NCBI GenBank assembly: GCA_963666425.2
Contig: OY762825.2
Location: 2,496,001 to 2,560,000, forward strand
Source of the DNA: Bacillota bacterium
Lineage (GTDB): Bacteria > Bacillota > JAAYKD01
Length of the DNA stretch: 64,000 bases
Direction: 5' to 3'
The position numbers and the translations under genes are program-made. The notes beneath the pieces are model-generated. The model worked only from the letters and a program-made list of their open reading frames with translations, ran no database searches and was not told where the DNA came from. Positions 10,709-20,552 of this stretch are shown one piece after another (position 1 is the first letter of the stretch; every line of letters begins with the position of its first letter).

Positions 10709-11007
10709 TGATTTGTAACACCTCCCAAAGATGTCTGACCAATTGTAAGCAAGGTATCCTTGCTTGGATTTATTTGAACGACACCATGCGATCTGTTTGA
10801 AGATCGTTGAGCGTGAAGCAGAACCATGACGATGGACGCCTTTTTATGTTCTACCAGTAGATAAAAAATAGAGAAAATTCTCATTATGCGCAATCGCTTT
10901 TTATGATAAATCTTCCAACAGTATTTGTCAATTACGAATTGTTTTATTTCAGCGAATAATCAAAACTTTCTCGGCGGAGAAAGATAGATTACCGGTTCTT
11001 TATATAG

Positions 11008-11058
11008 AAAAAGCAAGACAGCATTCCGAGATGAAGTCGGAGCGCTGTCTTGCTTTTT
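11008..11058 (-). terminator. Intrinsic terminator after asnS-glutaredoxin
   Basis: aaaaagcaagacagc...gctgtcttgcttttt inverted repeat. Confidence 0.75.
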
Positions 11059-11089
11059 GTTCGATTAACAGACTAATTTTTAGAAGGAA

Positions 11090-11371
11090 TTATGCTTCTG
11101 CCAGTGCGGCTTTCAGAACCGCTTCGACAGCCTCTTTGCTGCCGACACCTTTGATGGGAGCTGCTTCCAACATTTTTTGACTGCCGAGATAAAAAGTTGG
11201 CACAAAATAGTAATCGTACTTGTTCGCCAATTCCATTTGCTGGCTTTCATCGATTTTTTCAATTTCGATAGCAGCATACTCCGGATGCAGTTCGATCAAT
11301 TCATTCAACATCCGCAGGGCTTCTTTGCAATAGGGACAATATGGTAAATAGAATAGAGTGATTTTTTTCAT
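11090..11371 (-). CDS. Glutaredoxin/thioredoxin-family protein
   Basis: CPYC active site, VPT cis-Pro motif, 93 aa. Confidence 0.85.
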   Translation of the reverse strand: MKKITLFYLPYCPYCKEALRMLNELIELHPEYAAIEIEKIDESQQMELANKYDYYFVPTFYLGSQKMLEAAPIKGVGSKEAVEAVLKAALAEA

Positions 11372-11398
11372 CGTATGTTAAGCATCCTTTCGTTTTGG

Positions 11399-12793
11399 CT
11401 AAAATGATATACTGCCAACCGTGCGCGGACTGAGGCAAACATCGCGAATATTGCTGACTCCGGTCAGATACATGACCAGTCGTTCAAAACCGAGGCCATA
11501 GCCGCTGTGATACACCCCGCCGTATCTGCGTAATTCCAAATACCAACTGTAGGGTGTCAGATCCATATTCAATTCGTTCATCCGTTTGATCAGCACATCA
11601 TAGCGCTCTTCACGTTGGCTGCCCCCTACGATTTCACCGATACCGGGCACCAGCAAATCGACTGCCGCCACCGTCTTGCCATCGCCATTTTGGCGCATGT
11701 AAAAAGCCTTGATTTCTTTGGGATAGTTGTAGACAAAGACGGGTTTTTTAAAGATCTGCTCTGTCAGGTAGCGCTCATGTTCTGTCTGTAAATCCATTCC
11801 CCAGGAGACGGGGAACTCGAACACATGCCCGCTTTGCAGGAGCAGATCGACTGCTGCAGTATAGGAAAGGTGTTTGAATTCATTGGAGACGACATTGTTC
11901 AAGCGAGTCAGCAAATTGGTATCGACGAATTGATTGAAGAATTCCATTTCTTCCGGGCATTCCTGCAGCACATAGTTGATGACATATTTGATCATACTTT
12001 CGATATTGGCCATATTGTCTTCCAAATCGGCATACGCCATTTCCGGTTCCATCATCCAAAACTCTGCCGCGTGACGGGTGGTATTGGAATTTTCAGCCCG
12101 GAAGGTGGGGCCAAAGGTGTAGATGTCACGGAAAGCCATCGCCATTGCTTCGGCTTGCAGTTGACCGGTGACGTTGAGATGGGTTTCTTTGCCAAAAAAA
12201 TCCTGGCTGTAATCCACACTGCCGTCAGCGTTATGGGGCAGGTTCATCATATCCAATGTGGTGACACGGAACATTTCGCCGGCGCCTTCACCATCGGAGT
12301 CGGTGATCAAAGGAGTATTGGCGTAAACGAAACCCTGTTCCTGAAAGAAGCGATGGATGGCAAAAGCCGCCACAGAACGGACACGCAGGACAGCGGAGAA
12401 GAGATTGGAGCGCGGACGGAACCAGGCAATTTCACGCAGATATTCCAGGGAATGACGTTTTTTCTGCAGCGGGTAATCGGCAGACGAAGGCGCCAGTTCA
12501 ATGATTTCCAGAGCGTGCAGTTCAAAGGGCTGCTTGGCATCCGGAGTTTGAATTAAGCTGCCGCTGATCTGCAGCGCCGTGGCGATGGGCATTTTTGCGA
12601 CATCTGCGTAATTGGTGACGTGCTGCGGGTCAAATACGATTTGCAGGTTTTTAAAAAAGCTGCCGTCGTTCAGTTCGATGAAACCGATACTGTTGGAGGA
12701 GCGGCTGGTGCGGACCCAGCCGTTGACGGTGATTGTTTGGTCATAAGGCGGCTGTGCCATGCGGTAGAGTTGTTTGATTTTGGTGATGGTCAT
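11399..12793 (-). CDS. asnS: Asparagine--tRNA ligase
   Basis: OB-fold start [47 protein letters not shown]-specifier T-box upstream. Confidence 0.97.
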   Translation of the reverse strand: MTITKIKQLYRMAQPPYDQTITVNGWVRTSRSSNSIGFIELNDGSFFKNLQIVFDPQHVTNYADVAKMPIATALQISGSLIQTPDAKQPFELHALEIIELAPSSADYPLQKKRHSLEYLREIAWFRPRSNLFSAVLRVRSVAAFAIHRFFQEQGFVYANTPLITDSDGEGAGEMFRVTTLDMMNLPHNADGSVDYSQDFFGKETHLNVTGQLQAEAMAMAFRDIYTFGPTFRAENSNTTRHAAEFWMMEPEMAYADLEDNMANIESMIKYVINYVLQECPEEMEFFNQFVDTNLLTRLNNVVSNEFKHLSYTAAVDLLLQSGHVFEFPVSWGMDLQTEHERYLTEQIFKKPVFVYNYPKEIKAFYMRQNGDGKTVAAVDLLVPGIGEIVGGSQREERYDVLIKRMNELNMDLTPYSWYLELRRYGGVYHSGYGLGFERLVMYLTGVSNIRDVCLSPRTVGSISF

Positions 12794-12822
12794 TTTTTAG
12801 TACCTCCTGTTTTTTTGGGGTA

Positions 12823-13135
12823 TAAAGAAAGCCCTTCGTTGACGCTGTAAAATTTACAGCGGGACGAAGGGCTGCTATTCGCGGTGCCACCCACTTTGGA
12901 GATGAGATCCGCTGACGAATGATTCGCAAGACGGCAATCTCCCAACTCATGAATCGCTGTAGCGGGCGAACCCGTCCGCGCCTACTGAAAAAGCAAAGAG
13001 AGTCAGCTTTTTGTTGGGGCGGTAACTCGGCGGTGTTCTTGGCAAACATTGATTTATCGGGTTCGCAGCCTTCCCGACTCTCTGGAAAATCAGTTTGTTT
13101 GTTACTCTCCGCGTCATCGTTTTGTGTGGATGAAG
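12823..13135 (-). promoter_or_regulatory. T-box riboswitch leader, Asn (AAC) specifier
   Basis: On the minus strand: stem I with AGAGA and GGCTG elements, specifier AAC (13035-37), T-box AAAGTGGGTGGCACCGCG (about 12880-12897), terminator gcccttcgt...acgaagggc-tttcttt. Confidence 0.92.
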
Positions 13136-13142
13136 TTGACTT

Positions 13143-13171
13143 ATTATAGCGAAATTGAGATATTTTGTCAA
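13143..13171 (-). promoter_or_regulatory. Sigma-A promoter of asnS leader
   Basis: Perfect TTGACA-17-TATAAT on the minus strand. Confidence 0.85.
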
Positions 13172-13200
13172 GCAAAAATTTGTAAGAGAGGAGCGGCAGG

Positions 13201-14412
13201 TGTTTTTTGTGGCAAGCGACAATCTCCTTCCGGCAGCTGCAGCCGGGGCTGATGCTGGCCTGCAGGAGACAGCCGCTCGCTTTGAGGACTGTGCTGCTGA
13301 TGTGGGGAGAGGGGTTGTTTTTGGACGGGGGTAAAATGTTTTTGGCAGCAAGCGACAATCTCCTTCCGGCAGCTGCAGCCGGGGCTGATGCTGGCCTGCA
13401 GGAGACAGCCGCTTGCTTTGGGGACTGTGCTGCTGATATGAGGAGGGGGGTTATTTTTGGACGGGGGAAAGTTCTTTTGGCAGCAAGCGACAATCTCCTT
13501 CCGGCAGCTGCAGCCGGGGGCTGATGCTGCCCTGCAGGAGACAGCCGCTCGCTTTGAGGACTGTGCTGCTGATGCGGGGAGGGGGGTTATTTTTGGACGG
13601 GGGAAAGTGTTTTTTGTGGCAAGCGGCAATCTCCTTCCGGCAGCTGCAGCCGGGGCTGATGCTGCCCTGCAGGACACAGCCGCTCGCTTTGAGGACTGTG
13701 CTGCTGATGTGGGGAGAGGGGTTGTTTTTGGACGGGGGTAAAATGTTTTTGGCAGCAAGCGGCAATCTCCTTCCGGCAGCTGCAGCCGGGGCTGATGCTG
13801 CTCTGCAGGAGACAACCGCTTGCTTTGTGGACTGTGCTGCTGATGTGGGGAGGGGGTTATTTTTGGACGGGGGAAAGTGTTTTTTGTGGCAAGCGACAAT
13901 CTCATTCCGGCAGCTGCAGCCGGGGCTGATGCTGCCCTGCAGGAGACAGCCGCTTGCTTTGAGGTGTGCTGCTGATGTGGGGAGGGGGGTTATTTTTGGA
14001 CAGAGGAAAGTGTTTTTTTGTGGCAAGCGGCAATATCCTTCCGGCAGCTGCAGCCGGGGCTGATGCTACACTGCAGGTGACAGCCGCTTGTGCTGCTGAT
14101 GCGGCCCTGCAGGAGACAGCCGCTCGCTTTGAGGACTGTGCTGCTGATGAGGGGAGGGGAGTTATTTTTGGACGGGGGAAAGTGTTTTTAGCAGCAAGCG
14201 ACAATCTCCTTCCGGCAGCTGCAGCCGGGGCTGATGCTGGCCTGCAGGAGACAGCCGTTCGCTTTGGGGACTGTGCTGTTGGGGGGTATTCTGGAATGGA
14301 ATCAAATGCTTTTAGGTGGCAAGCGACAATCTCCTTCCGGCAGCTGCAGCCGGGGCTGATGCTGCCCTGCAGGAGACAGCCGCTTGCTTTGGGGACTGTG
14401 CTGCTGATGAGG
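13201..14412. repeat. Tandem array of 9 ~135-bp units, each with a ~70-nt imperfect palindrome
   Basis: gcaagcgRc unit starts at 13212, 13348, 13483, 13619, 13755, 13889, 14023, 14194 and 14319; linkers are near-identical (unit 8 linker diverged). Confidence 0.95.
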
Positions 14413-14427
14413 AGAGAGAGGAGAGCA

Positions 14428-14508
14428 TAAAAAATTCGGGGTGTATTCCTCAAGACATCTCGCACGGAAGGTGGAGAGGCCTTGAGGAGCACACGCCCCG
14501 AATTTTTT
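14428..14508 (-). terminator. Long hairpin/terminator after M14 genes
   Basis: aaaaaattcggggtgtattcctcaag...cttgaggagcacacgccccgaatttttt. Confidence 0.7.
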
Positions 14509-14551
14509 GGGTTTAGATTGTGATAGGGAATTTAAGTGCTGCTTGAGAAAA

Positions 14552-16195
14552 TTACGGCAGCACTACTTCAACTCTGGCCGTGCCGGCACGTTCGCTGCTG
14601 GCAGTGATCGTTACTTTGCTGCCGGCTTTACCGAGCAGCAGCCATTCGGCTTTCTTTTCTTCCCGTCCTTTTAACTGCGGCAGTTTGATTTTTTCTTTGC
14701 CATTGGGGACAGAGATGTTTTTACCGCTGATTGATACTTCAATTGGTTGAACCATCTTGATTTGTTCGGCGAGATAAGTGCCGCCGGTAGGCAGGTAGCC
14801 TTTGTTGACGATACCGCAGGTGATTTTATACAAACCGTCGGCCATGGCTTCCACTTTTACTTTACGGACATCCACTTCAGCCATCGCTTTGACCTGAACA
14901 TTGGTAAAGCGCATATTGCGTTCGCAAAGATCGGCAAGGAAACGTTCCGGAGGGTTCTGGAGCAAGAATTTTGATTTCCAGCCGCCGATTTCCACTTTAC
15001 CCAATTGCGGGTGATCAAATTCATGCCATTCCACAAAGCAGCCAAGGTTGTTTTCGTCATGCCATTTCGCCATTTTCAGCATGTCGTCTTCACGTTCCTT
15101 GACCGTCTGCAGCTTACGATCTTTGGAATAATCATTTTTGGGGCAGCCAGCCGCATTGGTCGGGCTCCACAGTTCGGTTGACCAGGAAAGGATACCGCGA
15201 TGATTATAGATCCAATCGAGATAGACGCCGCGCAATGGTTTATCTCTTTGGCTGGGAGCCATATAGCCCTCAAAAATGTTGCAGTGACCGTAACCGGTAA
15301 ATTCAACGCCGCGGGTGCCTAATTCTTTATAGGCGGTCACATCATCTTGATTCATTGCTTTATCGGGAATGGTGGCACAGGGACGCAGATGGACTTCACC
15401 GGTGGTATGATAACTCTGTGCGCCGGCAATGTTTTTCTGCTTGATCAGGAAATCGGCTACGGATTTGGTTTCCGGTTCGGAAAGGGCATAATCACCGGAA
15501 CCGATTTGTTTGGCATCGATATCCCAAAAAGCGGGCATGTTGCGGTTGACATCCAAACCCCAGCGCGAACGGGCAGCATTGACTTCAATCCCATCGAATT
15601 CGACGATTTTACCTTCCTGATATACACGATAAAAATCACCGGTTACTTCATCGGGCCCGCGTTTGACCATCAGACGGGCATCTTCCGGACAAAGTTTGTA
15701 ATCACCGTTTGGATCTTTGATGCGCATTTGAGTGATCCAGCCGTCGCCGTCCATATCTTCGGCATGTAAACCGGGCTGATCTTCCGTGAAGGGAAAGAGA
15801 CGGGTAGAGGAGCGCAGTGTATAGGGAGTATGGAAATACATTTCCGATCCGTCAATGGAAACGCGGGGTACCACGTAGATGGTGCGGTTATCCAGCATGG
15901 CGGTGGCATCTGCATCCGTGCCGTAATTTTCCAGCAGCCAGCTGACCGTGTAGAGCGCAACAGCGGAACCGGTCACCTCACCGGCATGGAAATTGGCATC
16001 GATGTAATAACCGGGTTTTTCGGCGGCGACGCCTTTTTGAGAAGTTAATTCCAAACAGATGATGGTTCGGCCTTCATAAGTCTTGCCGATGGGATATTGT
16101 TTGATTAATTCCGGGAAAGCAGCGCACCATTTTTCAACCAAATCTAAAATTTCAGCCCAGACATAGTATTTGGCGGCTTCATAAGCGACTTTCAT
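14552..16195 (-). CDS. M14 family zinc carboxypeptidase
   Basis: HAGE (HxxE), DVNRN, SYHT, TELW; no signal peptide. Confidence 0.9.
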   Translation of the reverse strand: MKVAYEAAKYYVWAEILDLVEKWCAAFPELIKQYPIGKTYEGRTIICLELTSQKGVAAEKPGYYIDANFHAGEVTGSAVALYTVSWLLENYGTDADATAMLDNRTIYVVPRVSIDGSEMYFHTPYTLRSSTRLFPFTEDQPGLHAEDMDGDGWITQMRIKDPNGDYKLCPEDARLMVKRGPDEVTGDFYRVYQEGKIVEFDGIEVNAARSRWGLDVNRNMPAFWDIDAKQIGSGDYALSEPETKSVADFLIKQKNIAGAQSYHTTGEVHLRPCATIPDKAMNQDDVTAYKELGTRGVEFTGYGHCNIFEGYMAPSQRDKPLRGVYLDWIYNHRGILSWSTELWSPTNAAGCPKNDYSKDRKLQTVKEREDDMLKMAKWHDENNLGCFVEWHEFDHPQLGKVEIGGWKSKFLLQNPPERFLADLCERNMRFTNVQVKAMAEVDVRKVKVEAMADGLYKITCGIVNKGYLPTGGTYLAEQIKMVQPIEVSISGKNISVPNGKEKIKLPQLKGREEKKAEWLLLGKAGSKVTITASSERAGTARVEVVLP

Positions 16196-16249
16196 AGAGA
16201 TCCTCCTTTATTTTTAATTTTTTTTTTAAAGCATCGTTCATCCTGTTTC

Positions 16250-17932
16250 TTAAGCTAAAACCAGTTCCGCGACGGCTTTGCCGGCACGGGGAGCGTGGGC
16301 GGTGACGCTGATTTTACTGCCGGCGGCAGCCTGGATGATCCAAGCTACTTTCTTGCGGGAACCGCCGCCGCTGACATTACCATAACCGCCTCCGGAATTT
16401 CCATGACCTTTTAAGTGTCCCAGATCCAGTTCTGCTTCTCCCTGCAAGACTTCACCGCCGCTGAGCGTGGCTTTGACGGTGGCTGCCATCTTCGTTGTGA
16501 CTGCCTGCAGCGTTCCGCTGGTGGGCATAAAGCCGGTATTTTCCACACAGCCGCTGATTTTATAGATGCCTTCGGAGATTTTTTCGGCTGTCAGATCATC
16601 TACCGCTAATCCTGGCGTGGCAGCAGCGAAGGAAAGACTGAAGAGCATATTCTTATGGCATTCTTCCTGCAGCAATTTTGCCGGAGGATTCTGGCGTCCG
16701 AATTTCGGATTCCAGCCGCCAATTTCCACTTTGCCCAATTGCGGATGATCGAATTCGTGCCAAGCAATAAAACAATCGCCGGCCATAACATCGTCGTTCC
16801 ATTTGAGCAATTTCAGCTGCATCTCTTCCTGTTCGGCAGGTGTCATTTTCATGATCTTGGCATAGGTCAGATTCTTCAGGCCGGCTCTGCCCAGCAGATC
16901 CCACAATTCGGTTGCATAAGAAAATAAACCGATATAGGTGAAGGTCATATCGAGGAAAGTGCCCCACTGCGGTTGATAATCACAATAATCCACAAAAAGT
17001 CCTTTGACGGGATAACCGGTAAAGCCGGTTGCTATGCTGCCGATGGCGGTATACATGGCTAAATCATCCGGATTCATCTTATCATCGGTGTCGATGCAAA
17101 GCGCACGCAGATGTTCTCCACCAGCCGTGTGATAATACAAACAACCGGACAGATTTTTTTGACTGAGTAAAAAGTCACTGATTGCTTGGGTTTCGGGTTC
17201 GGAATTTGGCCGCGGACCGGCGCCGTTTTGCATGTAAGGCGGCTTCCAATTGATGGGATAGTTGCGATTAAAGTCCAAACCCCATTTATTGGGTGCCATT
17301 TTCATTTCGTAACCATTATATTGATTGATGGTGCCTTCAGTATAGACGTGGTAGTAAGCACCGCCAAAATCATCGGGTTGGCGTTTGATCATCAAGCGGG
17401 GATCTTTTTCGGAGATTTTCATGTTGCCGGTCAGGTCGTCTCGTACGCGCATTTGCAGGATCAAACCGTCTCCATCCAGATCGGCTCCCACCAGACCGCT
17501 GGGGTCGGCGTAATCCGGGAAAGTAAATTCTTTATCGGATGAACGGACGGTATAGGGTGTCGTCAGATAGAACTCCGCTCCGTCAGGAGAAACACGGGGA
17601 ATAATATAGAAGGTTTTGTGATCAAGCAGCCAGGTTGCCTGTGCATCCTCGCCATAATTGCTCAGGAGGTAATCAATGGTATAAAGACAGGCCATACTAC
17701 CGGTGACTTCACCGGCGTGCGTGTTGCCATCGAGATAGAAACCCGCTTTCTCATCAGCCTTACCGGTCGCATGATTGGTCAGTTCAATGCACCAAAGATC
17801 TCTGCCGCCCGAGCTTTTGCCGAGAGAAAAAAGACGGGTCAATTCCGGATGGTCCAGACAGAAATTTTCCAGCGCTTCCACCAGTGCATGGTAACGGTAA
17901 TAGCGGGTATAGTCCAGTTTCAGAGAAGCCAT
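16250..17932 (-). CDS. M14 family zinc carboxypeptidase (paralog; likely start 17932)
   Basis: HAGE, DFNRN, YYHT, TELW; shares WHEFDHPQLGKVEIGGW with its neighbour; RBS-like aagga upstream of 17932. Confidence 0.9.
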   Translation of the reverse strand: MASLKLDYTRYYRYHALVEALENFCLDHPELTRLFSLGKSSGGRDLWCIELTNHATGKADEKAGFYLDGNTHAGEVTGSMACLYTIDYLLSNYGEDAQATWLLDHKTFYIIPRVSPDGAEFYLTTPYTVRSSDKEFTFPDYADPSGLVGADLDGDGLILQMRVRDDLTGNMKISEKDPRLMIKRQPDDFGGAYYHVYTEGTINQYNGYEMKMAPNKWGLDFNRNYPINWKPPYMQNGAGPRPNSEPETQAISDFLLSQKNLSGCLYYHTAGGEHLRALCIDTDDKMNPDDLAMYTAIGSIATGFTGYPVKGLFVDYCDYQPQWGTFLDMTFTYIGLFSYATELWDLLGRAGLKNLTYAKIMKMTPAEQEEMQLKLLKWNDDVMAGDCFIAWHEFDHPQLGKVEIGGWNPKFGRQNPPAKLLQEECHKNMLFSLSFAAATPGLAVDDLTAEKISEGIYKISGCVENTGFMPTSGTLQAVTTKMAATVKATLSGGEVLQGEAELDLGHLKGHGNSGGGYGNVSGGGSRKKVAWIIQAAAGSKISVTAHAPRAGKAVAELVLA

Positions 17933-18129
17933 ACATCTTTTCATCCTTTCGTTCGTTTTCTGTCTTATCATAAATAATCAAGACAAATAGTATTTCGTCA
18001 CGCAAAATATGAATCCTTCCTACTTGGAAGAAAAAGAAGCTGCTTGTTTTCGACGGTAAGAAGCAGGATTTTCTGCGTCAAACTGGGAATTAAAACAGAT
18101 AGAAATTGTGAAAAACAGAGAGAGAAAGG

Positions 18130-19758
18130 ATGAAGCAGCAAGTGCAGCAGAAAACAATTTTTTATAACGGTCGCATCTGGACCGGTAATCAAAATCAACC
18201 GGAAGCCGAGGCGATGCTGGTTGAAAACGGACGTATTCAGGCAGTCGGTGAGAATCTTGACTTGATCAATCAAGTGATAGGCTGCGAAAAGATAGATTTG
18301 GCTGGAGCAAGGGTCATTCCCGGTTTACACGACAGCCATCAGCATTTGGTCAATATCGGACGCATGATGGATTGGGTGAATTTGAACGGATCTGCTTCCA
18401 GAGCGGAAGTGGTGGCACGCTGCCGGCTATATGCCGCTGCGCATCCGGAGCGGCAGATCATCACCGGCCGCGGCTTTTTGCAGGACCTTTTTGCTGACAG
18501 GGCGATGCCAACCCGTTATGATTTGGATCTGGTAGCGGAGAATAAACCGGTCGTCATTGTACGAGCCTGCGGTCATATTGCGGTTTGCAACAGCGCGATG
18601 CTGCGTTTGGCTGGAATTGGGCAGGGATATCGCTGCGGTTCGGATGGTCAAGTCGATTTGGATGTGCATGGGGAGCCGCTGGGGATTTTCCGTGAATCGG
18701 CTGTGGCTCTGATTTCCGCTTTTTATCCCAAAGATACGACTGCGGATGTGCAGCGTTATATCAGCAATGCCGCTCGGGCGGCGACGGCCTGCGGTCTGAC
18801 CAGTGTGCAGACCAATGATGTCGGCAATACCGGCAACGAGGGCTGGCAGACTTGCCTGACTGCTTATACGGATTGGATCAAAGCCAATCCTGCGGGCTTA
18901 CGCGTCAATCATCAATTGCTGTTTGCCAAGATCGAAACTTTACTGAATTTCCATGCCTGGCGTCAGCTCAACCCACTGCAAGTGGACGCAGAGCGGATGA
19001 GTTATGGTCCGCTGAAAATTATGTGTGACGGCTCACTGGGTGGCCGGACTGCCCACCTGCTGGCGCCGTACAGCGATGATCCGTCGACCTGCGGCGTAGA
19101 AACCCTGACGCAGGAAGAGAAAACTGCTCTGCTCAGCCTGGGCCATGTTTTGGGCTACCAAATGAGTGGTCATGCCATCGGAGATGCCGCCATTCAGGGC
19201 ATGCTGAATGCTTTTGAAAAAACGTTGGGAGCACATCCCAGCGGCGACGCACGGCCGCGGATTATTCACGCCCAGCTTACCACTCCTACCCAATTGGAAC
19301 AGATCAAACGCTTGGGTGTAGTGATTGACGCACAGCCGGGATTTGTCGGTACGGATCTGCATGTGGTGGAGGAGCGCATCGGTCAAGCGCGCTCAGCCAG
19401 TTCTTACGCCTGGAAATCGATGCTTGAACTGGGCATCCCCGTGGCGGGGGGATCTGATTCTCCGGTCGAACCGTTTAACCCCTTTATCGGGATCGCTTGC
19501 GCTGTGACAAGGCAGGATCCGAGCGGTTTTCCGGCGGGAGGCTGGTTGCCGGAACAACGGATTACAATTGAACAAGCGGTGCGCATGTATACCTACGGCT
19601 CCGCTTACAGCTGTTTTCAGGAAACCAGCAAAGGCCGTTTGATGGAAAATATGCTGGCGGATTTTATTCTGCTGGACCGCGATATTTTCAACATCGAAAC
19701 CGGTGCGATTCAGGATACCAAGGTGCTGCAGACTTGGATTGGCGGCAAATTAGTGTAG
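18130..19758 (+). CDS. Amidohydrolase 3 family (YtcJ-like)
   Basis: PGLHDSHQH, KIMCDGSLG, HAIGD, RIIHAQ, GSDSP, ADFILLD. Confidence 0.9.
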   Translation: MKQQVQQKTIFYNGRIWTGNQNQPEAEAMLVENGRIQAVGENLDLINQVIGCEKIDLAGARVIPGLHDSHQHLVNIGRMMDWVNLNGSASRAEVVARCRLYAAAHPERQIITGRGFLQDLFADRAMPTRYDLDLVAENKPVVIVRACGHIAVCNSAMLRLAGIGQGYRCGSDGQVDLDVHGEPLGIFRESAVALISAFYPKDTTADVQRYISNAARAATACGLTSVQTNDVGNTGNEGWQTCLTAYTDWIKANPAGLRVNHQLLFAKIETLLNFHAWRQLNPLQVDAERMSYGPLKIMCDGSLGGRTAHLLAPYSDDPSTCGVETLTQEEKTALLSLGHVLGYQMSGHAIGDAAIQGMLNAFEKTLGAHPSGDARPRIIHAQLTTPTQLEQIKRLGVVIDAQPGFVGTDLHVVEERIGQARSASSYAWKSMLELGIPVAGGSDSPVEPFNPFIGIACAVTRQDPSGFPAGGWLPEQRITIEQAVRMYTYGSAYSCFQETSKGRLMENMLADFILLDRDIFNIETGAIQDTKVLQTWIGGKLV

Positions 19759-19765
19759 GAGGAAA

Positions 19766-20548
19766 ATGATGAAGAACTTAAAAGCAACCGCAGGCTTCGA
19801 TATCGTCTTGCATGAGGATATGCATCTGAGTTATGCTCCCATTCTGGGCAACCTAAAGCCGAGCGTGCGCAAATTGAATGATTGTCTCAATGTCTTGGCG
19901 CAGCCAGAGGCGGCAGGTCCGGAGGAACTTTATTGGATGTATCGTGATCTGGCTTTGCCGGAACATCGTAAAACCATGCAGAATATGGGTTTGCGCTATG
20001 ATATCACCGTGATTCGGCCGGGAAAAATCGGAGATGAATATATCAAGACCATTGGTCATTATCATCCTCTGATGGCAGGCTCTGCTTTGACCTGGCCGGA
20101 AGTCTATGAGGTTTTACATGGAGAAGCAACCTATTTGCTGCAAAGTCCGGGTAAAACAGCCGGGACTTTGAGCGATGTGGCAGTATTGCAGGTGAAAGCA
20201 GGAGAAAAAGCGGTGATTCCACCTGGTTATGGTCATATTACTATCAATGCCGGACCCGAAGTCCTGGTAATGGCGAATTGGGTCTCTTCCCGTTTTGATT
20301 CGATCTATGGTGAGATTGCCCAATTGCATGGCGGTGGTTATTATTTGCGGGAACGCTCCGGCCAACCGATTTGGACAGTGAATCCATCTTATCATGAAGT
20401 ACCGGAAATTCGCAGCTTGACACCGGTCGATTTGCCTTACTGGGGTCTGGTCAACGGGGAGCCAATGTATCGTTTGATAGCGCAGGATCCTGAGAAGCTG
20501 CGTTTACTGAATGAACCGCAGCATTATTTTTTAAGCAAAGAGGATTAA
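19766..20548 (+). CDS. Cupin-type (archaeal-like) glucose-6-phosphate isomerase family
   Basis: RYDITVI, KTIGHYH, PEVYEVLHG, IPPGYGHITIN. Confidence 0.85.
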   Translation: MMKNLKATAGFDIVLHEDMHLSYAPILGNLKPSVRKLNDCLNVLAQPEAAGPEELYWMYRDLALPEHRKTMQNMGLRYDITVIRPGKIGDEYIKTIGHYHPLMAGSALTWPEVYEVLHGEATYLLQSPGKTAGTLSDVAVLQVKAGEKAVIPPGYGHITINAGPEVLVMANWVSSRFDSIYGEIAQLHGGGYYLRERSGQPIWTVNPSYHEVPEIRSLTPVDLPYWGLVNGEPMYRLIAQDPEKLRLLNEPQHYFLSKED

Positions 20549-20552
20549 GACG

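Noticed and set aside
13201..14412. CRISPR array
   Set aside because: Unit is ~135 bp with near-identical linkers (no unique spacers), and there are no cas genes in the window
12741..14516. Repetitive ORFs on both strands across the array and T-box
   Set aside because: Frames shift between units (134-136-bp period), there are no RBSs, and they overlap the T-box and promoter; these are by-products of the repeat
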